Source: Eledone cirrhosa
Lineage: Eukaryota
Reading direction: 5' to 3'
Length of the DNA stretch: 64,000 bases
NCBI GenBank assembly: GCA_964016885.1
Contig: OZ024745.1
Location: 108,066,001 to 108,130,000, forward strand
In this document: positions 39,876 through 51,724 of the stretch, piece after piece
Layout: every line of letters begins with the position of its first letter
Position numbering within the stretch: position 1 is the stretch's first letter
Position numbers and translations under genes: made by a program
Notes under the pieces: model-generated
The model's input: the letters and a program-made list of their open reading frames with translations, nothing else
The model's database searches: none
What the model was told of the DNA's origin: nothing

Positions 39876-39918
<43 letters not shown>

Positions 39919-40629
39919 GGAAATGACACTGGCACACTCACCACCATGTACGCCCAAATGAAGCATAATAACTAGAGCAAGAACAGGATAGAAAATGTTC
40001 AGAAAACTGCTATCTCTGTTGACAGCAAAAAGGTTTCTTTTGATGAAAGAAAGGCCGGTTGTATGATGCGTGTGTAGAAAGTGTGATGTTGCATGGTAGT
40101 GACACATGGGCAGTGAATGAGGAAGATAATATTAATAAGAGCAAAAATTGTAGCAGTATTAATGAATTTAAAAATGAGTTAACCCTTTTGATACCAAACA
40201 GCCTGAAACCACCCCTCGTGCTGCATAATTTTATGTAAGAGCTATTGTTAAGTTATGTCCCCAACACCAGCTCAAGATTGAAGAAGTTAGTTATATTAAT
40301 AACTACCACAAAATTCTTGATTATTTAATAATCAAAGACACCGTCTTTCCTGAGAAATATAGAAGAGAAAGGGTTAAATTCAACATTGCTATCCATCCAA
40401 GCAAAGGAAGGAGAAATGAATGTTATATAATACCAAAGATGGTGATAATGATCGTTAAGTAGTTAGTATTAGTCATGAGAAGATCAGAGCGTAAAAATAC
40501 TCCAACCCCTACAGCAACACTATGAGATAGATATAGTTTTACCTTCTAGCTAGACATTTATCCCAAAGAATTTAGAATACCTTTAAGCTTATCAAGCTGT
40601 GTGTGCATGCATACACACATGCGTATGCA

Positions 40630-40661
<32 letters not shown>

Positions 40662-40765
40662 CATGCACACACACATACATATATATAGAGAGAGAGATAC
40701 TCACATGCATACATATCATATACATATATATTATATACATACACACACATGCATATTATATACAT

Positions 40766-40842
<77 letters not shown>

Positions 40843-43800
40843 ATATATATATACACAACCATACATACATATTATATACACAGGGTATTCCTATGTTAGC
40901 TTATGCTTAAGAGATGAAATGTCTATCTAATGTTTTGAGCAACATCTTTAACCTTCTTGATACCAAACTGCCTGAAACTGCCTTAGATTTATGACACAAA
41001 ATCGTATATTTCATAATATTTACATTATTTAAACACCTAAGATCATAATTATAGGTAAGAACCTTAGTTAAAATATATTCTAAAAACTAGATAATTGTTT
41101 CTACAAGGCTAACAATTTGAAAGGAAAGGGAAAGTCAATTCACTAGACCCCAGTGCATTACTGATACTTTATTTTATTGATACAGCGAGGATGAAAGGCA
41201 AAGCTAAGCTCAAAGTGATTTGAACTCAGAACATAAAGGGCCATAACTATATGTTGCAAAGCATGGTGTCAAATTTCTACCAATACCGAGAACATTAGTT
41301 ATATTACTAAATCCTAAATTCGAAACTATTTTCAAAATTATTAAAAAAATCATAGGCAGTGTCTTTCATTAGAAAAGGTTAAAGGATATGAAAAGGATAT
41401 GAAAAGGTTAAAGGATATGGAAACATATATATATTATGGAGTGTTGATAGGGTCAGGTTTGAATCTGGAAAAAATGCTGCAGCAATGTTTGGTAAATTGC
41501 TATCGTTATTTAGCCCCAAATCAGACGATGAAACAGAGTTTTAGTCAAAGGCCTTCTGATCATGATAACCCAATATTGTTTTCAAGAATGGTGTATCCTG
41601 GACTACATTATTCATGAATCTTTATATTTTTTTAAGGATGTGATTTGAGAGAGTTTTAGCTGCAATTGCTTGCAGGTAGAGTGACCATGTATAGCCTCGT
41701 TCATTTACTTATTAAATTCTATGTAAGTAGTTAGAACAGTTCATTGCCCTTGCAGATACCATCCATAGTTTGTATTTTCGTTCTCAGGAATGAATAAGCT
41801 AAAGTGTCAGGATAGAGAGGAAGAAAACTCAAAAACATCAGAACTGTTACCTTTAATGTAAGAAAGATTTTAAAAACAGCTACAGTTAAAATTTGTTCAT
41901 AACTTGAATTGCTTATACAGTAGAACTGTAATGAGTTTGTTAACCCAATACTTGTTTATGGGTTTGTTAATCCATTATAAGCCAACATAAGACTGAGATT
42001 GTTAACTCATTATAAGATTACTGGCCTGTTAACCCAGTGTAAGATTACAAGCTTGTAAACCCATAAGATTATTCACAATATGAAATCTTTCAAAAACTGA
42101 AAAATTGAGACTAGTTGCACATGTCATTTAAAAGAAAGATAGAAACTAAATCTATTTTATGATTTGAGGGTTACTGGGGCCACTGCTTAAAAATCTTACA
42201 TGCATCATCTAGGAATTTACATACAATAAATCCACTAAGAATTAAAACTAAAGCATCTCTTAACATAGCAAGAGGTGCCTGCCATTTGTTGCATTTATAT
42301 ATTCACATTTCAGAAACTAATTATTTCACTAAAGTTTCTGAATAAACAAAAGAATGTTGGCTGGACATTTATAAAATATTAGCCTTGCTGGTAAAATATT
42401 CAGGAATATTAAAAGATCATCAATAATTCTATTCTCACTAAATAGGACAAATTTGGCAGCAACAGAAAATGGCTTCACACATTTGTCTAATAATGCTCGG
42501 GAAGTTATAACTTTTCCTACTGCTGAGCATGATTTTAGTATTTCAGAATTCTTATCAAATATATAACAAAAGGAAATTTTAACCTACACTTGACCTACAG
42601 TTTCTGAAATATTTCAAAAGAAGATTGCCTATATACAGAGAACATGAGGATTTTGAGATACAAATACTAATGTTCAAATTATGTTTTCTGGTTGTGAAAG
42701 CAAAGCATTAATTCTTTGTTTTCATTTCTTCTCATTACTTTCTGTCCAATCTGATCAAGGATCAAGCAGGTTTATCAGACAAAAACAGGTCAAACATCCT
42801 CCAGAAGAGCTAAAATACCTTCCTTTATATAATAATAACGTCTGAGGTAAAAACTTCATAGCAACTGTAGAAAGATGGAAGAGTAACTGCTGTTAGCAAA
42901 GAGGATATGAAGGAATTTGAAACAAAGTTATAACAATGTCATTATGGTAGTTAGTAAATTATAAGGAAAAAGAAAATGAATAAATAAGGATAGTATCTTA
43001 GTTGTGAAGGTGCATGACTTAGTGGTTAGGGTGTTCAGATTCTGATAATAAGGTTGTAAGATTGATTCCTGGACCAGGCAGCATGTTATGACCTTGAGCA
43101 AGACACTTCATTTTACATTACTTCTGTCCATCCAGCTTTTGAAAAAATGAGTGCTAGTAGCAGCTAAGGATTAACTCCACAATGGACTGGTATCCTGTCT
43201 GGAAGGGAGTCTTGTATTTCCAGTCACTTAACACCAAGGAAACAGGGATAATCTTTGGCATGATGAGCCTCTGGGCTTGGGACAGACTTATTTATTCATT
43301 TTCTTTTTCCTTTTATTTGACAACCAATCTAACCCATACAAACCATAGAAAATAGATGTTAACCAATTCTGCTGATGATGATGATGATATCAAATAAAAA
43401 AGAAAAAGACCAGAAATAAATTTTGATTTTTTTTTCTCAAAGCCTTGGTTTGAAAATTGTAACGATTTCACTAGATTTCTCTTAAGTGAATAGCAAAAAA
43501 AAAAATACTAATACAATTAGACTGGAACATATAGAATTTTAATTTTTCCACTATACTAGAATATTTTATGTAAAGAGATGGAGTTGTAAAAATACATGAC
43601 AAAAAATGTGTAGTTGATCTTAAAGAAAACACTGCAAAAGACACGACATAATAGCTATAAGCTCTTGGCAACTAAACAATGTGTTAATGCCGTCATTATG
43701 AAGAGGCTTATGGAAGAAGGCACGCACAACGGATCAAATCCTGTCTAAAGAAAGGTCAACACTGTGAAAAGCCATAGAGAATTATGAGATTCCTTCACAG

Positions 43801-45579
43801 CTATGGAAAATTTGATTATCTGCTGAACTACTGGTGTGACCAATATGTTAGAAGGCCAGTGACATTTGACAAATGTAATGACATTTCAGTATAATAACTA
43901 AGCAGCAGAAATCTAATCAAAGACAGATTAATAAGCTGAGTGATTTGCCAAATTGTATTAGGAATAGTCATGTATATCAAACATTTCTTGTTTTGTTTTA
44001 TTATTCTTTTTCTTCTTCTTCTTTTTGTTCATTTATGGGGAAAAGAGAAGAACTGAATAAAGGTCAGTCAGAGAGAGTAAACACTTTTTTTTTTTCAAAA
44101 ATGCTTTTATGCCTTTTTCAGCTTTGTTTTTGATATTTTGAAATTACATTTTTTTTTAAATTTTATTATCTATTTATTTTAAGATAATTTAAAAAGAACA
44201 ATTATGTACATTTTTTGAATATATATTAGCTGTTTATTCAAACTTTTCTCACTTGTCTTGTGTTCATTTAAAAAATGACTAAATAAGAAAATATAATTTA
44301 AGTTTTAAATTCTATGACTTTTAAAGAATTTATATGTTATGATTTAATCTGAACATTTCTCCTTCAATTCAGAGACAGCCCTCCGTGTGGTAGGTAAACT
44401 AAAGACAGCTGTGATATTTAGTTGTAGTAGTTTTGCTCCAGTGTAATTTTTCTAGGGAGTCCACAAAGAAAAACAACTTAAAGCACCCTATTTTTGTTTC
44501 TTTATCAATAAAAATTATTACTTTTATATAAGAATTGAATACCGCTATAGAAAAAGAAGGAAAGAACTAGCTGTCTAACTAACTACCTAAACTACCTATA
44601 TGCTAAGGATCTGCTCAATCAAAGATCAGAGCTAACAAAGTATATAACAAAATTATAGAAGATATATCATCATCATCATCATCATCACCGTTTTACGTCC
44701 GTTCTTCCACGCTAGCATGGGTTAGACAGGTTGTCCTGTTGTGGGCAGTGTCTGGTCGGCTGACCATGCCTTGCTCGTATGTGTATATATATATACACAC
44801 ATGTATAAACACATATATAAGGTGTTTATACTTATATGTATATATGTGAAAATGAGAGGGGATGGGTGGGAGATATTTAGATAGTAACTAAGGAGGGAAA
44901 TCAAGGATGTGAAGGAAGGCAGACCAAGGTGAAAACCTAACAAACAAGGGGAGGAGCTATATTGGTGAGGAAGAGGGGGAGGTCAAAGCCAGAATGTCAA
45001 TATATCTCTCAGCCTCTACTCTATTATCCTGCATGGAAGGCTGTGTCTTCTGTAGGATTGTATATCACCAGTCTACTCAATCCTGTGTTATCTCTTTCAT
45101 GAGATCAACCTTCACCACATCATCTCATGTTTTCCAAAGGTTCCATAATACACTATTCATATACACATATATATATATCTACCTACCTACCTACCCACAC
45201 ACACACACACACCCACATGTAATAAACAAAAGGCATTTATATGTCGTTAAGAAGTTCAGTGCACAGCATCTTTGGCAAGTGTTTTCTACTAAAGCTTTGG
45301 GTAACCCAAGCTTTAGTGTGAAGAATTTAGTAGATAAAAACTATGCAGAAGCCCATTGTGTGTGTGAGTACGTGATTTCATGTACATGTGTGTATGTGAA
45401 GTGTTAGGATAAATTTAATGTAGTCATAACAACAGTTTTCTCTTTTAATAAGAAGCCTTGCGCCTTGCTGTGAAAAGCATTAAGTATATATACACTTTCA
45501 ACTATTCCCTTTCTACACAGACAAATGTAAAAGAGTATCTTTATGTACCTCAGAGACTAAAATATAAAAATGAATGGCT

Positions 45580-46080
45580 TGGTTACACAGCCTACATGAC
45601 CAGGTGAGAACAGGAAGTATATGGGATAAAATGAGAACACCAGGTTTGTTCAGTGTATTAAGAAGGACAGGGCAAGAAATGAATACCTCAAGAGAGCAAA
45701 AAACATATGCTCATCATAATTCTCAACTTAGATCAAACATCTTATTTACAGTGTCAATTCTGTCGCTTACATCTGGTCTTCTTACATCACCACAAGAACT
45801 TGGAAACTGCTCAATATTACTGGAAATGTTATTATCAATAGTGGTATAGAGGGATTATATTTCCCATGTATGGAAGCAGGCCAAAGTCTTGAATCTGTTC
45901 TAACATTATCTGAAACCTGGATTGTAACATTGTAACATCTCCAGCAGAGAGAAAAGCTCAGCAATTATCTTGCTCAAGTTTACAAACATGAAAATGGAAG
46001 CATCATTAGAAGAGCTACTGAACATGAGAAACAGGAAACATAAACAGATACTGCTATATCCCCAAAGAATATTGAAAATG
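45580..46080 (+). mobile_element. Decayed R4/Dong-clade non-LTR retrotransposon fragment (post-RT region)
   Basis: RKYMG*NENTRFVQCIKKDRARNEYLKRAKNICSS is homologous to 53678-53800 (YRYFGHDENVKYDGSINKERTRNEYLRRVKRIWSS). Confidence 0.7.
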
Positions 46081-46520
46081 TCTATATAGTACAGCAAAAA
46101 AAAAAAAAGCTTCATCTATATATATAATATATAGAGATATATATGTCAGTGTGGAAACATGGACATTAAATGGTTATGACGATATGTATAGCATCATCAT
46201 CATCATCATCATCATCACTATTTAATGCTCATTTTTCCATGCTAGCATGGGTTAGATGAGTTATCCTGTTGTGAGAAATGCCAGGGCAGGTGACCATGAC
46301 TTTCCCATATTGAAATTGTTGTAAATTAGTGCTTGAAATGAAAAAAGAAAATTAAAAAAAAACACACCAAAGAGGGAATAAACCACAAACTCCAACCTGT
46401 TTATAGCATGACACCTCCACAAAATCCAAGAGCAAGAAATGCCCAGTTTACAGATTGTACTGGGTGCATTCTATCATGGCACTAGCACCAGAGAGGTTGT
46501 CATACAGTGACTGTAGGGTC

Positions 46521-47410
46521 CTTGGACGAAGATTTTTCTTAAATGATCTCCGCCAGAAACGAATTCAAAATGACTAAGAACTGTGACGTGGCAGTAATCA
46601 AGTCAGAAAGAATGTGATTGGTGCCTTACGGCGAGTGGGCTGGTTGTAGAAAGTGCAGCCTAATATTGCCTAAATTGCATCTCAACCATATAGGAGATTA
46701 TCAAATATAAAGATTTACATATACACAAACTAGAGAAAGTCATATATATATATATATATGTTTTTGGCAACCATTCACGATATGGCTCAATGACAAATTA
46801 ATTAATTAAATAATCAACAATCAGAGCAATATACAATAAAGTATGTCCATAGAATCATTTGATAAAATATATACACCATTTCTTCCAGGGATCATTTAAG
46901 AAAAATCTTCGTCCAAGTGAGTTTGTTTCCTGATGATTTCGAAGCTCGTGAATTTATCCTTGATCGGATATTTCCAAAAGCGAATGAAACCCCATGGGGT
47001 AGAAACGTAATTTTGGTATGTTTATATACATTTTTTCTTCTAACTTTGATTTTATACCTAATTGTGTATGGTTGACGATATATTTAATCGATTCCCACGT
47101 GCTATTGGAAATGTTGGGTAAATATTCTATGGCTGTTGATCGCGAATAGATAGCTGTCATTTATTTATCTATTATTTCTTCATAGGTGTCTTTTAATCTT
47201 ATAGTCTGGTTTAATTGGTTTTTTGTGTGCTTGATTATGCTGATTGGGAGAGGAAATGGTGTATATATTTTATCAAATGATTCTATGGACATACTTTATT
47301 GTATATTGCTTTGATTGTTGATTATTAAATTAATTAATTCGTCATTGAGCCACATCGTGAATGGTTGCCAAAAACATATATATATATATCTATTACTTTC
47401 TCTAGTTTGT
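46521..47410. repeat. Interlocking inverted repeats, probably a Penelope-like insertion
   Basis: 46521-46548 is a perfect reverse complement of 46890-46917; 46725-46882 is a near-perfect reverse complement of 47253-47410. Confidence 0.85.
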
Positions 47411-48723
47411 CATCATCATCATCATCATCAGGTTTAGCGTCCGTGTTCCACGCTTGCATGGGTTTGGACGGGGGTTTTCCCACTTGAGGTAAGAGTGGTT
47501 GTCTTGCTCGCATAGGACTGTCTGGCGGGTTTTCTACAGTTGGATGCCCTTCCTAACACCAACCACATTTACAGTGTGGGGCTGGGAGGTTTTTACCGTG
47601 TTGCCTACACGGCCACATTACAGCGTGGACTGTCTGGCGGGTTTTCTACAGCTGGATGCCCTTCCTAACACCAACCACATTTACAGTGTGGGGCTGGGAG
47701 GTTTTTACCGTGTTGCCTACACGGCCACATTTACAGCGTGGACTGTGTGTTTTTTGTCGTGACACCTACACGATCTCATTTGTTTCGGCCTGGATGTTGT
47801 GGGACCAACATAACTTTACATTGAAAGGGACGGTGTGGATGGGGTGGAGGTGGTGGGACGGGGGTGTGTTTTGATAGAGATGCCTACTGACTGTAGTAGG
47901 TTTTTACTTTGTATTTAGGTAAGGCGGGTCTTCTCTATTACTGAGTACCGCCAAAGGTCTCGGTCCAGTGACATTGTCTTGGAGAGGTGTAAGCGTGTGA
48001 GGTCGGAATTTATCAGCTCGTCCCATGTTTTTCTGGGTCTGCCTACTCCGTGGCTACCGTCTATCTTTATTGCCCTGCACTTTGTTATACAGCTGTCGTC
48101 TTTCATGCGCATCACGTGACCGTACCAACGTAGCCTTCTCTCGAGTAAACAACATCTGATCCCTCTTATTTCTAATTTTTTCCTTAGTTCGTTTATGCTT
48201 TGCCGTTCACGTATATTACTATTGCACATCCAGCGGAGCATGCAAGCTTCGTTCCTCTCTAGTCTGCGTATATCCTCTGCACACAATGCCCAGGTCTCAC
48301 TGCCATGCAGCATTGCTGTTCGTATGCAGGCATCGTATAACCTGCCTTTCATTTTTAGGGAGAACCCTCTAGCGGCTAATAGTGGTATAAGCTCTCTGAA
48401 CTTTTTCCATCCAGTTCTGACTCTAGCTACTGTACTTTCAGAGCACCCTCCCCCACTGCTGATTTTGTCACCCAGATAACGGAAGCTGTCCACTATTTCT
48501 ATAGAACCCTCTGCGCAGTTGAAGGAGCTAGTATTTTGTGGGCACTTGCTGCTACTTATTGCACCAGAGCACCGGCCACATGTAAAATCTATGTTCTTAG
48601 TTAGCTTACCTGTGATCCCACTACATCTTTTATGCACCCATACTTTGCATTTGGGACATAAAATGGAGTTTCTACCTACGCCTTTCCTACACACTGAGCA
48701 TGGCCATTTGTGTATATGTAAAT

Positions 48724-48727
<4 letters not shown>
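47411..48727 (-). mobile_element. Young 5'-truncated RTE-clade LINE: 3' part of the ORF, ~500-bp 3' UTR and (TGA)n tail
   Basis: Stop-free frame from about 48712 to TAA at 47915; RTE motifs FRYLGD, MLHGSETW, RRLRWYGHVMR, GRPRKTW, DRDLWR; the 5' end abuts (TA)n. Confidence 0.93.
47915..48712 (-). CDS. RTE LINE ORF C-terminal portion: C4HC3 (PHD-type) finger followed by the RT thumb/C-terminal domain; no genuine start codon
   Basis: CSVC..CPKC..WVHKRC..CGRC, then RTE C-terminal motifs; the first ~20 aa of the listed 287-aa ORF are flank and microsatellite. Confidence 0.85.
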   Translation of the reverse strand, partial: HKWPCSVCRKGVGRNSILCPKCKVWVHKRCSGITGKLTKNIDFTCGRCSGAISSSKCPQNTSSFNCAEGSIEIVDSFRYLGDKISSGGGCSESTVARVRTGWKKFRELIPLLAARGFSLKMKGRLYDACIRTAMLHGSETWALCAEDIRRLERNEACMLRWMCNSNIRERQSINELRKKLEIRGIRCCLLERRLRWYGHVMRMKDDSCITKCRAIKIDGSHGVGRPRKTWDELINSDLTRLHLSKTMSLDRDLWRYSVIEKTRLT

Positions 48728-48762
<35 letters not shown>

Positions 48763-49208
48763 ATCTCCCCCCATGCACCTTCCTCCATTTTAATATTCCC
48801 TCATCCCTTCTCCTTACTATTGAGTGTCCTACTTTAGACCTTCTTCACCCCCATCCTGCATACTTGCCCCCACATCATTATCTAAGTTCCCCACATTAGT
48901 TATCCCTCATTCACTTCCTACAAAGACAGTTCCTCCCACTCCTGCTGGTCCCACTCCTTCCAGTATGTAAAGGCAGCCCCACCTCCATTTCCATCTACCC
49001 ATGCCAACATATAAAGATAGAAGCACTTCCCCTAAGCCAACATGGAAAAATAAAAAAGGAATATGTGAATATGGTCTCCTGTCCAACCTAGTCCCAGAGC
49101 ATAACAGCCTATCTTCCCAGGATGGTTTGAGAAATAGATGTTTAATCAATGATAAAGATGTACCCCCCCCCATCCCTGGGTCCACATCTCCTGTCCAACC
49201 CATGCATA

Positions 49209-49744
49209 TGTAGTGACCTACATTCCGCGGGCTCACATGCATTCTCTGTGCGTGATTTGGCTCAGCTCAGCCAATCAGCGCCAGCAGAAGAGGATGTATC
49301 CCTACGCATCCTGAGAGAGAAATTACCCGCGAAGATTTGAAGAAAATCTCTCTTTCGCACCTGGGACTTCGAACCAGCAACACGTACATGTGACGGTGAG
49401 ATTTTGCACCTTAACCTGCCGACTTTCCGGCGCAATGACACATTCCCTTTTGTAACCTCATTTTTATGTGTAACTTCAACCATACAAGTTAACCAACATT
49501 ATTTGTGCTACAACAAAAATAAACATACATTTCATCTCTAATTTCTGCTGTTGACATCATTATTATGTTACTCGTGTCTCAATAACATTTAATTTACCAT
49601 GCTGATTATTTGGCGACCGGCTCTCCGTCAGTTCACTCACGAGTAAGTTTGTTAAACTTATTATATCTGTATCGAATTTAATTAGTGGTTGGCCTGCAGT
49701 GGCGTTTACCAAAGTAAATAACCCTGTGACCAATTCCCTAAACA
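49209..49744. mobile_element. Probable solo LTR (~536 bp)
   Basis: TGT...ACA termini, CpG-rich relative to the flanks, CCAAT motif near 49271, AATAAA near 49518, imperfect flanking CATA/TATA, no coding similarity. Confidence 0.4.
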
Positions 49745-50275
49745 TATATATACATGAAAGTTGGATATGCTCCAAACCTGCTCTCCTACAGTGCTGCTAC
49801 CAAGTCAAAGAGCACCCAGTATACCCTGTATGGTGATAATGCTGGTACCACAACAACAAAAGCACATAGTCCAAGTTGTAAGGTGGTCATGCTGGTGACA
49901 TGACAAAAAAAAGCATCCAGTCCAACCTGTTAGGGTGTCATACTGGTACCATGATGACAAAGAACCTAGTCCAATCTGTCAGATGGTTGTTCTTGGTCCC
50001 ACAATGAGAAAGCACCTAGTCCACTCTGTTAGGTTGTTGTACTGGTGCTGTTATATAAAGCACTCAATTAATACTGTGATGTGGTTGGCATTAGGAAGGG
50101 TATCCAACCATAGAAACCAAATAAAAAAACAGATCTGTATGAGCAAGACATGGTGATAACGTGACATCCCACCTAACCCATGCAAACATGGAAAGCAGAC
50201 ATTAAACATTGAAGGTGATACATACATATGAAAGTATATATCATCATCATCGTTTAACGTCTATCTTCCACGCTA

Positions 50276-50324
<49 letters not shown>

Positions 50325-50457
50325 TATATATATATGGAGGGGGGGCATGTACACATATATATATATAGATGTGTGTGTGTGTATATATGTGTGTGTGTGA
50401 GGGGATGCAAGTATATGTACATGTCTATGTATAAAATATACATAGACATGTACATAC

Positions 50458-50537
<80 letters not shown>

Positions 50538-50940
50538 GCATGCATACTCAAACATGCATAAATACATATATAAATATCAGGTCTCTGTGTCTATACAAGT
50601 AATCAATACCATATTAACAGAGAGATAGAGAGAGAGAGAGGGAGTGAGAGAGAAAATGTAAGAAAAGGCGTAAAGCAGACACTTAGCTTTATTTCCCTTT
50701 ATTTATTTTATTTCAGATGGAAGTGTAAAGACAGTGATTGCATTGCAATAAAAGTTGCTGCAGGGCTGACAACATTACTAGATAGGGTGTTAGCATTGAC
50801 AAGAGACACTATTTATGCAACTGAGTTCATAAGAGTACTTGTCAGAAAATAAATCATGAGCTATACCAAAAACATGCATAAGTACATAAGATAGTACATG
50901 TATGTGTATAGAAATGTGTCTATGTGTGTGTGCGTGTGTG

Positions 50941-51000
<60 letters not shown>

Positions 51001-51443
51001 CACACACGCACACACACATATATATGTATGTCTGTGTGTGCGTGTATATATATATATATATATATATACATACATACATACATACAAATACACAATATAA
51101 GTATGTATATATATATACATACATACATACAAATACACAAAATAAACATACACAAAAAAAAAAAGAAAATGGGTTTGATAAATATGTTAAAAAAACCAAC
51201 AGTAAAAAGCAGGTTTGGAGGTCAACGATTTCTAGAACCATTGTGAAAAATTCAAATAATTTAGGGACTTTAAGTAGAATAATCTATTGCAAGCCAAGAT
51301 CTAATATAATAAAGATTCTTGATTCAGAGAAGGTTTATGGTAAGTCTATAGTTCAAATGCCACTTCTTTATGTTTTTCTATTGATCTATATCTATGAGTG
51401 TGTCTAACTATATATATATATATGTGTGTGTGTTTATATATAT

Positions 51444-51492
<49 letters not shown>

Positions 51493-51724
51493 TATATGTG
51501 TGTGTGTACCAAAATCATCATCACCATTGTTTTACATCCACTTTTCCATGCTGACATGGGCTGGACGGGACTTCATTGATTGAATCATTACTACTCTCAA
51601 AGCAGGTTGGGAACAACATCTCACACATATATTCCATTTTGTGCATGGTTTCTGTGGCTCCATACTCTTTATATCACAAACCACTTTACAGTGTAAGTTT
51701 CCCTTGACCAAATCATGACTATAA

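Noticed and set aside
46521-47410. DIRS-type element with an internal complementary region
   Set aside because: The internal segment is complementary to an A-then-B join, not the end-to-start circle junction expected for DIRS, and there is no tyrosine recombinase or RT similarity.
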